From contig MCFE01000602.1 of NCBI GenBank assembly GCA_002104905.1, positions 1 to 54,308 of the forward strand: a stretch of 54,308 nt of DNA, in the 5' to 3' direction. Source of the DNA: Basidiobolus meristosporus CBS 931.73. Lineage: Eukaryota > Fungi > Basidiobolomycota. Of the stretch, positions 12,549 to 22,705 are shown piece by piece; the first letter of the stretch is position 1, and each line of letters starts with the position of its first letter. A model generated the notes under the pieces. That model ran no database searches, was not told the DNA's origin, and worked only from the letters and a program-made list of their open reading frames with translations. The translations under genes and the position numbers were made by a program.

Positions 12549-13069
12549 GGCTTGAGGAGTGAATCCTACCGGCCCTGCTACAGAATAGCTGGCCAATCTT
12601 TCCAACACTACTATACTATACTATACACTTGCTAATCATGCAATAGAGATGACCAATGTGCCGATATTTATTGTAACATACAATTGCACATGCCTCATAC
12701 GAACACCCGTAATAAACCTGCCACATAATGTTTTCTGCTTCCTGGATCAATAAATCGGACTTTTGTTATGCCCTGCATCCTTCTTAACTAAATTGCTGCT
12801 GGTGATCGAACATAGCATTGTCCACTCCCCAGGTTTTGCCGATTGAGCGCACAATTTCTCCGTAACCACGAGCGCACGAGTCTATTTACCAATGACCAAC
12901 GATCCAGCCAACGAATGATGCGATGATGAAGTAATTGCCATATCGATATATACAGATTGCCTATTAAGTTTATTAATATCTCGCCAAGCTCACTGATAGG
13001 CGTGCTGTGGAGTCATCGTATAGTGCCAAGCGGATGGGTTGAGATTCAGGCGGAACTGAGCTTTTCTTT

Positions 13070-14326
13070 ATGCTTGATGGTTTGCTTGGATTGTCATATA
13101 AATTATCGAGACGCCCATCCTTACTGTTAATCTCCATACTCTTTCTCTCTCCCAGGCCGCAAACGACCATGTGTGACGCCAAAAAAGCAAGTTTCGAGCC
13201 CTACACTCGGTACATGGACCCCAACGTGGTTGAAATGCTAGCCAAACGCCAACGCCATCTGGTTCCAAACGACTACATCACTCGCATAAAGAAAGCGGCC
13301 AACAATTGCTTGAAGAATGGACCGTTCTCCGTCACTTACACAGACAGGATACCGCCAAGTGGCGATGTCCATGACTTCATGACACAAGCGCCGTACTGGT
13401 GGCCAGACTCCAACGCCGAGAATCCCGCCACTGCGCCCTATATACGTATCGACGGGAAGATGAACCCAGAGTGTACGGAATTACCGAACCAAAAACAACT
13501 GGAGAACATGGCGCTATGTGTGAGCACTTTATCGCTCGCATACTGCTATGTTGAGGATAGCCGATATCTCAAGCATGCTTGGGACCTTCTCCGCGTCTGG
13601 TTTTTGGATCCACAAACTAGAATGAACCCAAATGTAAATTATGGCCAGATCAGACCGAACTGCTCTGAAGGCGGCACCTTTACTGGAATGATGGGTACCC
13701 GCGGTTTGGTCTTGGTGGCGAACTCCGTGTTGTTGATCAAAACGGCAGAGTACGAGGCCGACATGGTGCAGCTCAAACAATGGTTCACCGAATACGTTAA
13801 CTGGATCTCCGAGTCGGAACTGGCACTGCGTGCCAAACGTGCTCGGAACAACCACGGGACATTCTACTACATTCAGCTAGTATCTTGTTTGTATTTCCTG
13901 GAGCGTTACCAAGAGGCCCTGGATCATCTGAAGGAGTTTTTCCAACAAACGATGAAGCGTCAAATCAATCAAGAGGGGGATCAACCGCACGAGTCTGCAC
14001 GCGCAACCCCCATGACATATCTAGTGGGGAATCTTGAGGGATTGATCTACCTAGCGCAGATTGGGGACTCTCTAGGGTTTGATGGTTGGGGATTCCACAA
14101 TCAAGGGATCAAAAGAGCCGCCGACTTTATCCTGGAGAAACGGTGCTGTTGGAAGTACGAGCCCCGGCTGGGCATGATCGTGAGAACCATGATTCACAAG
14201 TACGGGGACCAGGATGGCAAATACTCGCAATTTCTTGAGGGGGAAGACCTTGGCAGTGCCAACAACCTGCGTGCAGCAGGTATGTCCTGCCTTTGGACCC
14301 TCCCACAGAGTGTCAGGCCCGCATAA
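13070..14326 (+). CDS. Alginate-lyase family (PF05426-type, PL5/PL38-like) polysaccharide lyase; alternative start at 13169
   Basis: PPSGDVHDFMTQAPYWWPD, PYIRIDGKMNPE, WFLDPQTRMNPNVNYGQ, the catalytic-type NNHG motif and QPHESAR. Intronless 418-aa ORF. Confidence 0.9.
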   Translation: MLDGLLGLSYKLSRRPSLLLISILFLSPRPQTTMCDAKKASFEPYTRYMDPNVVEMLAKRQRHLVPNDYITRIKKAANNCLKNGPFSVTYTDRIPPSGDVHDFMTQAPYWWPDSNAENPATAPYIRIDGKMNPECTELPNQKQLENMALCVSTLSLAYCYVEDSRYLKHAWDLLRVWFLDPQTRMNPNVNYGQIRPNCSEGGTFTGMMGTRGLVLVANSVLLIKTAEYEADMVQLKQWFTEYVNWISESELALRAKRARNNHGTFYYIQLVSCLYFLERYQEALDHLKEFFQQTMKRQINQEGDQPHESARATPMTYLVGNLEGLIYLAQIGDSLGFDGWGFHNQGIKRAADFILEKRCCWKYEPRLGMIVRTMIHKYGDQDGKYSQFLEGEDLGSANNLRAAGMSCLWTLPQSVRPA

Positions 14327-14567
14327 TACAACTTCCCATCTTGAACGTAATGCTATGTTCATGTTCATGTTCGTGTTCATTATACTTTAATACTTCGTTG
14401 TCATCAAGCCAAATCATACCCGGTACTATCCGTGTCAATAAATACCACTAGCTTTGTAGTTAAAGATAACGAAATGAGAACGTATGCACAAATAAGCTCA
14501 AGCAGTGTATGAAATGCTGTTGCTTGTCGATGAGGACATGGAGGTAGAGCGACTTGTCTTATCGGAT

Positions 14568-15341
14568 TCACCCTTCAAAGCCCTCACCACAACCCTTAAT
14601 CAGGCGTCGAAAGGTAACAGACAAACGAGTGCCTCGTTCTAGCTTCACCCCGTCCACTATATCGTATTCTCTCTCAGGAATGCCGTGTTCCCAGTCGTAG
14701 CGGGCTGTCCCCGACAAAGAGAGAACGTCGCCAGGCCTTAGATAAATATCTTTAGCTTGGACCGATTCCGGGGCCGGATGGGTACTGGCAGGCTTCAAGC
14801 TCATGATACAAGAAGATAAAAGCGAGATGATTACGATCCCATCTTCGAAACGAGCCAAGTCCACATGGCTTTTTATACCATCCCCCTTTCGATAAAGGTT
14901 AATGATGGTTTGATCGAATAGTGGCATGCGCGTACGTATCGGTTCTGGGAACAGATCGGAGATGGAGCGGAGGGAATCTATCACCCAGGTCAGAGATTCG
15001 GGCAGATCTCCGAAGCGCATCGCCTGGTTCATCTCGGGAGTCGCGAAATACTGTTCAGCTATGACTGCCTCCACCAGCTTAGTTTGTTGCGTATGGCTGA
15101 AAAGCTCCGGATAGTATACCAATCCCGGGATGTCTGGGAAGGTGATTCCCTCACTTGCATTGAACGAACCGACGACATGGTCCGGATTGAAGGTTTGGGA
15201 TTCCTCTACTTCCTCCGGGCCCGATTCTTCCCAAAATCTCTCATCCTCAACATCAGTCAATACTGTGTCCTCTGAGTCAGAGTCGGAGCCAAACATAGCC
15301 GTGTAGGCATCCTTATCCACGGTTTTACAAGCCTGAGTCAT
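14568..15341 (-). CDS. AlkB-family 2OG-Fe(II) dioxygenase
   Basis: NQAMRFG, DQTIINLYRKGDGIKSHVD (HxD), RYDWEHGI (distal His) and RLSVTFR (2OG-binding Arg). Single exon with an acidic N-terminus. Confidence 0.9.
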   Translation of the reverse strand: MTQACKTVDKDAYTAMFGSDSDSEDTVLTDVEDERFWEESGPEEVEESQTFNPDHVVGSFNASEGITFPDIPGLVYYPELFSHTQQTKLVEAVIAEQYFATPEMNQAMRFGDLPESLTWVIDSLRSISDLFPEPIRTRMPLFDQTIINLYRKGDGIKSHVDLARFEDGIVIISLLSSCIMSLKPASTHPAPESVQAKDIYLRPGDVLSLSGTARYDWEHGIPEREYDIVDGVKLERGTRLSVTFRRLIKGCGEGFEG

Positions 15342-15719
15342 CCAAGAAATACCCACTGAAATGAATGGACTTGAACAGGAATATTCACAGTAATCGCATC
15401 ATGTGTGCCAAGCAGCATCACATTTCCTTCATGGATCAGGCTGCACTCATTCCTGGGTCCCGAATGCTTCCAGTTTGAGGTATTACTGAATATCACGGAT
15501 GAGACAGATCGAAATTAGGAAATCGATTTAACCAAGATCAGCGCGGTGATACACGGCAGTGCCGTAAATGGATAGTGTCAGATAATAATAGACTCTGGCG
15601 AGTGGCTAGACTGCCTATTTTTTTCACAACTTGGATTGTTGGTTATCAGTCACCTTCCTCTGGATTTGCCCCTTGGCCCAGAATACAGTTACACCACATA
15701 TCTTGCGGAGAAGAGCGAA

Positions 15720-16614
15720 ATGCAAAAGCGGTACATTGGGTTGATTATCACTTCGGTGGCTTGCCTGATCTTTGTCCTTACCTACTTGCTGCTGATCGAA
15801 CCTTCCCCCGATGTTTCTACCGTAGCGGTTTATGAGGTGAGGGCGGAAGAGATCGCCATTGTCATGTCTCACGACGAGAACATGCCGTTCTACGTTCCCA
15901 GGGGAGTAGAGAACAAGAGGGAGTATGCCCAGCGTCACGGATACCAGTTCTTTTTGCAAAGGAACCATAGCGCCGACATACATGAGGTTAGCAGGAGCTT
16001 TGTTGGGCTTCACTTTGTTGGACTTCTGAGTAACGCTTTCTTTCACCCCCGTAACTGTTTAGTCCTGGAGCAAAATAACTTTCACTAGGAAGCTCATGGA
16101 GGAAAACCCCCAGATCAAGTGGTTCTGGTGGATCGACCTTGATAGCATCATCATGGACCCACGCATTTCTCTCGAAAAACTTGCTCTGAATTCGAAAAAG
16201 ATTGCTGCATACAAGTCCAAGGACATCGTCATTTCCTGGGATTGTAACGGGCTTAACACGGGCAGCTTCTTCGTGCGCAACAGCCTGTGGGCCCGAGATT
16301 TCCTAGACACCATGATCGAATATTCCGCGGCCGATCGTGGAATGTACGGAGAGCAGAGGGTGATGCAAAGACTTTGTCGTAAAGACCAGGCCATCATGAG
16401 CCATTTCAGCTTCCCACCACTTCGTACTTTCGCAGCCTCCCTCTCACACAAATGTGATCTGGATTACGAGGCCGACAGCGTTTACAAATACCGATCGGGT
16501 GATTTCCTTGTCCACTTCGCCAACTGCGGGCCCAACGATTGCCATGAAGATTTCGAGGCACTTTGGAAGAGACGCGTGGTGCTACCTGCACCGGCAATGA
16601 ACAACGTCGCATAA
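15720..16614 (+). CDS. Glycosyltransferase family 34 (Mnn10/Gma12-like), type II membrane protein, 2 exons
   Basis: N-terminal TM segment, NKREYAQRHGY, SWSKI, WFWWIDLDSIIMD (DxD), DCNGLNTGSFFVRN, EQRVM and GDFLVHFANC. Confidence 0.92.
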
Positions 16615-17579
16615 GACAGCACTGCATGTGGCTACTTAATGAAAGTGGTGCTCGCGAAGATCGTATGGCAACTAGTCTCTACATCGCATGTTGACTTTTC
16701 GGAATGTAAACATTTAATCGAATATGCTCCTGGCATTCCTTGGATAAGCAATTAATAAACCCCAGTTTATCTACCTGCGTCCTGTCAGATCTTTTCAATC
16801 GACAGGTGGCTCACTGCCAGATACGCCGCTAGTTGGCAATAATGCATGCAGCTGGTGCTTGCGAAGTGACCGGCAGGGGGAGGGCAGCCTGACCATGGAG
16901 AAGCTTGCGTTGGTGAAAGCAAAACACAATCAACATTCGACCAAAGGAACAATGAGCAATTGGGCACCAGCGCCCGTTGTCCCATAAATGAACAGCACTG
17001 TCTGGGAATCTCTCGCCCTCAACACAATGTCGGCATCAGGCGCTGCATAGCCCAGACCATCCGTCGTCCGGCTATTGTTGCCCCATTCCACCGTTGTTCG
17101 GAAAGATTGATGGATGAAACACCAGATGATTGTCAGCCAGCTACCCCACATCCAAATGGCCGTTTGCTGGTGGCTAGAATTTCATTTCACCGGCAACCAA
17201 AGATCGACGTGCCGTTATATTGAGTAAACATAATGCCATGCACCAGGTAACTCTCGGAGAATTTTCCTCCAGTTTGTTTTCACTGCAGCCATAACGAAAT
17301 TCAGGAAATTCCCGTTATCCCATTGCCCCATTCCCAATTGACTAAACTAGCTTAAGTAGGTTCTGTTCGGGCTGTTCAGCGCTTCCCTTGACTAGTTCTA
17401 GTTGCATCTAACCATCTCCTCCCCACCCTCAGTTCGTCCTTCGCCTTTACCTCCACCTAATCCTCTGTAACCCTAAGTAAGTTGGTCCACTCACCATTCC
17501 CCGTGGCCATCTCTCCTGATACTAACCGGGTTTCGTGTGTAGCTCTCTAACGATAACATTAAGTGTGCTTTGAAGTAAA

Positions 17580-20500
17580 ATGATTTCGGTCCCTCAAGAG
17601 ACCGTGATTAAATTCAAGGGCTTATCCTGTGCTTCTTGCTCTGCAAATGTTGCCAAGGCACTCAGGAAACTCCCAGGGGTCCGCTCCGAAACGCTGACCT
17701 TCTCTTTGCTAACCGAAGCAAGGCTGGAGCATAAACATAACCTGCAGACGGCTCACATAAAATCGGTGGTCGAGCGGAACGGCTTCGAGATCCTTGATAT
17801 AACAAATAACCTATCGGATACTTCCCTTAACCTGAGCACCGAGGATCTTGGCCAATCCCGGACTGCTGCCATCATGGAGGTTCCAACAAGCCTAATGGAG
17901 AAGCCATCGAATGATTTACGCTCTGTAGTATCTACTGAACAAGGAGAGACAATAACTAGAATCGAGGTGCGGGGAATGAACTGCTCCATATGCATGGATG
18001 GAGTTCAGACTGAATTGACCGAGCTAGAGGGAGTAGAGTCGGTCAGTATTAACGTGATTTCGGGCACTACTACGGTCATTCACAAGGACGGGGACACTTC
18101 CGCCCGCGAGATTATAGAGGCGATCAAAGAGCTCGGCTACGACGCCAGCTCCCGATGTGACGAAGACAAGAAGTTGCTTTGGATGCAGGTGGAGCAGGAG
18201 AAGCGTGACGCCCGAAAGAGGTTTCTTGTCTCGCTGGCATTCGCCGTACCAACCTTCATCCTATCCACCGTCATTATGATCTTCTTGCCAAAGGATAACG
18301 ATGCCAGGCTCTTCTTTGCGTCGGAGATATTGCACGGCCTCAGCTTCTATAACTTCTTTATGATCCTATTGACCACGGCCTTTTTGATGGTAGTCAGCGC
18401 CCCCTTCTATGGAAGAGCCTATGATTCGATTCGGTTCTCCACAGCAGCCGATGTCGACGTGCTTATTGCTGTGGGGGCCACCACCACCTACTTGATCTCG
18501 CTTATTAACATCGTGGCCAGGATGGTTGACAAACGCTCGAAGGGAGAGCCCTTGGAGTTGTTTGCAGTCACCATTCTGCTGATTACATTTGTGTTGCTAG
18601 GAGAGTACATCGAGGTCATCACAAAGAGAAAGACCCTGAGCGCGATGAGCAAGTTGCTGGAGCTCCAGCCCGACAAAGCCATTCTGGTTGTTGAGAGGAC
18701 TGACGACGAAGGAAACATCAGTACGTTGGAAACGGAGGTTGAGCAAGCGATCATCACTGGTATGGTTTGAGCGATCATCTGCATGTTACATGAGCGACTA
18801 TTCACTTTCTGTTGAAGCGGGCGATATACTCCGAGTCAATCCTGGAGCCAGGATCCCTTGCGACGGTAAACCACCTCTGACTAATATGCAGCAATTGTCG
18901 ATCATGCTAACACTCCAGGCGTTTAGGGCACATCGTCAAGGGAGCAACGAGCATAGACGAGTCGATTCTCACCGGAGAGCTTGCGCCAGTGGTGAAAGGT
19001 GAAGGCGACATGGTAATTGCAGCCACGCTGAACTTGACCGCCTCTATCATGGTCAAGGCAGAGAAAATTGGTGCCGAAACCACTCTGTCTAAGATGGTCC
19101 AGCAGATCCGTGAGGCAAGCTCCTCCCCAGCACCCATCCAGAATATCGTCAACCGGATTACCAGCATCTTCGTTCCAACGGTGGTCGTGGTTGCGGTCAT
19201 GGACTTCTTTGTTTGGTTCATCCTCGGCCTGTTGAAGAAAATCCCCGACACATGGATCCCCGAAGGAGAGACGTTTGCGATGTTCGCGCTCTCGTTTGCT
19301 ATTTCCATCTTGGTGATCGGCTGCCCTTGCGCTCTGACCTTGGCCAGCTCGTCCTCCGTAATGATCGGCACAGGCATGGCTGCCAAGTACGGTGTATTTC
19401 TCAAGAACGGCGGTGCTACCCTGGAGCTGTCTAACCAGATTGATGTCGTGGCCTTCGACAAAACCGGCACCTTGACTTACGGGAAGCCATCTGTGAGTGA
19501 CTTCAGGCTTCTGTTAAAGAATGTCGGCGATTCAACGGGCCCCAGTCGAATCTTTGCTCTGGAAAATATGGTTTGGGGCATCCTGAGCAAGGTAGAGGCC
19601 GGAAGCGACCATCCGTTGGCGCAGGCGATCGTCAAGCACGCGATAAACGTCTTGAATCACTCGTCTCATTCTCGCGGAACTCATATGCCAGACATTGAGG
19701 TGGAGGAGGTGTCTGAAGTTCCAGGGAGAGGCCTCCAGGCCACCGTCAGCTTATCAACAGCAGTGTACTTGCCGTTTGCCATCAACAAGACATCCAAGTT
19801 ATCTGTGTTCATTGGAAATGAGGCTTGGTTGGCGCAGAATAATTGCAAATACTCATCCCTTTCACACGCGGCTGTGGCTCGTGCTGCCTCCCAATCGTGG
19901 CAACAAAACGGCAAGTCGGTGGTCATGGTCGGCATTGGGAATTCTTTCGATGAGGATGGGGCCACCATACTAGCTCTGATTGCTGTCGTAGACACCATAC
20001 GCCCAGAGGCCAAGCAAGTTGTTTCTGAGCTCCAATCTCGAGGAATTGATGTGTGGATGATCACGGGGGATAACCAAGTTACCGGAAAGGCAGTTGCTGA
20101 CAAGGTCGGCATCAAGAATGTGATCGCAAAGGTTCTGCCTCACGAAAAAGCCGAGAAAATAAGATGGCTTCAGTCAAGGGGTAAGGGCTTCAAAGAATCG
20201 ACCAGCGCTAGCAAGCTTCGATTTCCATCCGTTCAAGGCGATGCTCTCGGAGAAGTTCACAGAGCCATAGTAGCTATGGTGGGAGGTTTGTTGGCCGCTT
20301 CCAAAACATTTGACCTCGAATCGGCATTGATGGGCTGACATTATAGATGGTTTGAACGATTCTGCAGCATTGTCCCAAGCGGATGTTGGGTAAGAACCTT
20401 CTTCCCTGCCCTTTGTATTGGCTTTTCGGGTCGCTAACCTATATCGTAGTATTGCCATTGGGAGCGGAACTGACATCGCCATGGACAGCGCTGATGTGAT

Positions 20501-20792
20501 TCTCCTTCGCTCGCAACTACAAGATCTACTAACACTACTTGCCCTGTCCAGGTTGGTCATCAATCGTATACGAATCAATATCTTCCTGGCCATTGTGTAC
20601 AACATCTTGGCCATTCCAATTGCCGGAGGGCTGCTGTTTCCTTGGGTGGGTATCAGCTTCCCGCCAGTACTGGCCATTCTCCTGTTGTGCATCTCAACGC
20701 TGAGTGTCTTGATTTCAAGCGGGCTGCTGAAGCTCTTCAAGCCACCAAGGATCATCGTCGAGATGGACCAGAAGGAAGCCAGTAAGAAATAA
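17580..20792 (+). CDS. Heavy-metal P1B-type ATPase of the Cu(I) CCC2/ATP7 type with non-canonical transmembrane ligands, multi-exon
   Basis: Two HMA domains (GLSCASC, GMNCSIC), TGE, CPC, DKTGT, HP, MITGDN, GDGLND (split by an intron) and YN. Confidence 0.92.
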
Positions 20793-21199
20793 TATCCCGT
20801 CTAGACATAATCGATTATCCCCATTCTTGTAATTTTGTATATATTGTGCAATCTTTCACCGAGATAATCATAACTTAAATCTCTGACTACAGCCAACCAT
20901 AAAAATAAAATAACCTCCTACTCAATAGCCAAGTGACTTTCTCTGTGGGGTGGTGAGATCTCTCGCCCGGGCAGCCTTATGCCCGACTCCAACCAAATCA
21001 CATGTTTACGTGGAATTGATTTCCGGCTTCCCCAAATTATGTTCGTTCAAAAGGATCTCCCTCGTATTATATATGGCCTTCCATACGAAATTTTTCAGTT
21101 GGGGGAATTTCATCAACCAAGTTTAAAGTTCCAATTCTGGGTTTTGCATCGAATAGTTGACACTTGTTCCTTCGCAGTGTTCATTGTAGCTTTTCAGAG

Positions 21200-22338
21200 A
21201 TGTTTCGTTTAACCAACAAGGTGGATTTTGTTCTAACTTTGAGTGCTCGGTTATGTCAGTTAACGGGCCTGAACGGGAGATTTTATTGACACGGATACTC
21301 TATCCCATATAGATCGTCCCTTCACTTTTGTTGGTAGGTTCTGTCGCAGGTGCCTCAAGGCCCACTCAGATTGTCCATTGCGAAGCCAAGGAGGAGCCAA
21401 GGAAAGAGTCGAAGGTTGATGTCGAAGCTCTAAAACTATCCCTGCATTCCATATCAACATACTCATTGAAGTCTCTATATCAAGTTGAGGATTTATGACG
21501 AGCAGCAAGAGCATGTTCTGATTGTCGAGGAGCCAACTAAGCTGGAAGAGACAATCCGTGACTTCCGAATCGTAGCTACACAATATTTACAGGAAGCTCA
21601 AGTGAGTTCACAGTGTTTATCCGCTTACTTCGCCGTCATGTTGATGACCTTTTGAATAGGCTCGCACTCAAGAATTCCTTGATGAATGCTACAAAACCGA
21701 AAAGCAAATAGAGAGTAAGTTGCGTCGCCGAGTAGCACATCTCCAGGGTACTAACCTCCACTTCCAACAAGGCAACGTATCACAGGTGATTCCAAAGCAT
21801 GAGAAATTGATGCCTGGCTCCTTGTATGTTCTTGTCGCTGGTTTAGCCGGCTCCATTGCTTCCCGAAACAGTAATCCCAAACCTGTTGCACTCTTTTTCT
21901 TGGGCCATTTCTAATTCCAGACGTTTTTATTTAGAGAACTTCCTCCTTCGTACCATTTACCCGCTTACCTTCGCTACTGCCTCTTCTTTTTACTTCTTGC
22001 CTGAAACCTCGCGGGCCGTTTTCTCCACTCTTCGCCAGAAAATCGAAGAGCACCCTGCTGCTCAAGAGCAGATCAAACTAGCCAAGGAGCAAATGCAGCA
22101 GCTCAAGGTCGACGTCAATAGCAAAGTTCAAGAAACCGTGGAAAATATTGGGATTGGCTCTCAAGTGACCAGCGTGATTAGCCAGGTTCGCGAGACTGTG
22201 GAGAAGATTGCCCCATCTAGAAGCGCTGAAGCCAATGTTGCCCCGCAACTAATCAGTGAAGAGACTGCTGCCCAAATCATCAATCTGGATACTGTCCTCG
22301 CGCAGCCAGGCTCTAAAGCACCCATCAAGGAAAACTGA
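21200..22338 (+). CDS. MIC26: MICOS subunit Mic26/Mic27 (apolipoprotein O family), multi-exon
   Basis: MFRLTNK..IVHCE presequence-like start, LRIYDE, EEPTKLEETIR, EKLMPGSLYVLVAGLAGSIASRN and YPLTFATASSFYFLPET. Confidence 0.8.
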
Positions 22339-22705
22339 ACTTTGTGTATCGTTGAATAGTAGCGCCAGAAACTTGTTTAAGCGAAGCCATTTTTTCCATT
22401 TTTTTGCCTCGTGACAGCTTCCCTTCTTCCCTCTAACGCCATCCATTTCGCCGCATCAGCATTCCTTTCTATGTCATAATAATTTCTCAACTATTTTTAT
22501 TTGATTGGGTTTCCAATTTTCCGGCCACCACTTCGCACATTATCATAGTTTACCAACATTTATCGTTCATAGCAGAGATCGCTGATTGTTTACTTCTTGC
22601 AAGTACAAACTTTTCCACATCAATAAAGGCCCTTTCAATCCCGGACGTTGGTTAGTGTTTCGAGGCAGCCACGGACAAGATTTCTATTGGAGATGAGGCC
22701 TGTGC

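Noticed and set aside
14280-14310. Intron near the lyase C-terminus (GTATGT...CAG)
   Set aside because: It would be only 29-31 nt, well below the 50-110 nt introns modelled elsewhere here, and the unspliced frame is open to a normal stop.
16740-17330. Small LYR/FMC1-like gene starting MAAVKTNWRKILRELP on the minus strand
   Set aside because: The N-terminus is suggestive, but no downstream exon gave the expected conserved C-terminal motif.
18907-19470. Long antisense ORFs within real genes (also 49577-50140, 29274-29624, 37430-37834, 33410-34123)
   Set aside because: These are shadow frames of well-supported genes on the opposite strand, or they span promoter DNA without any domain signal.
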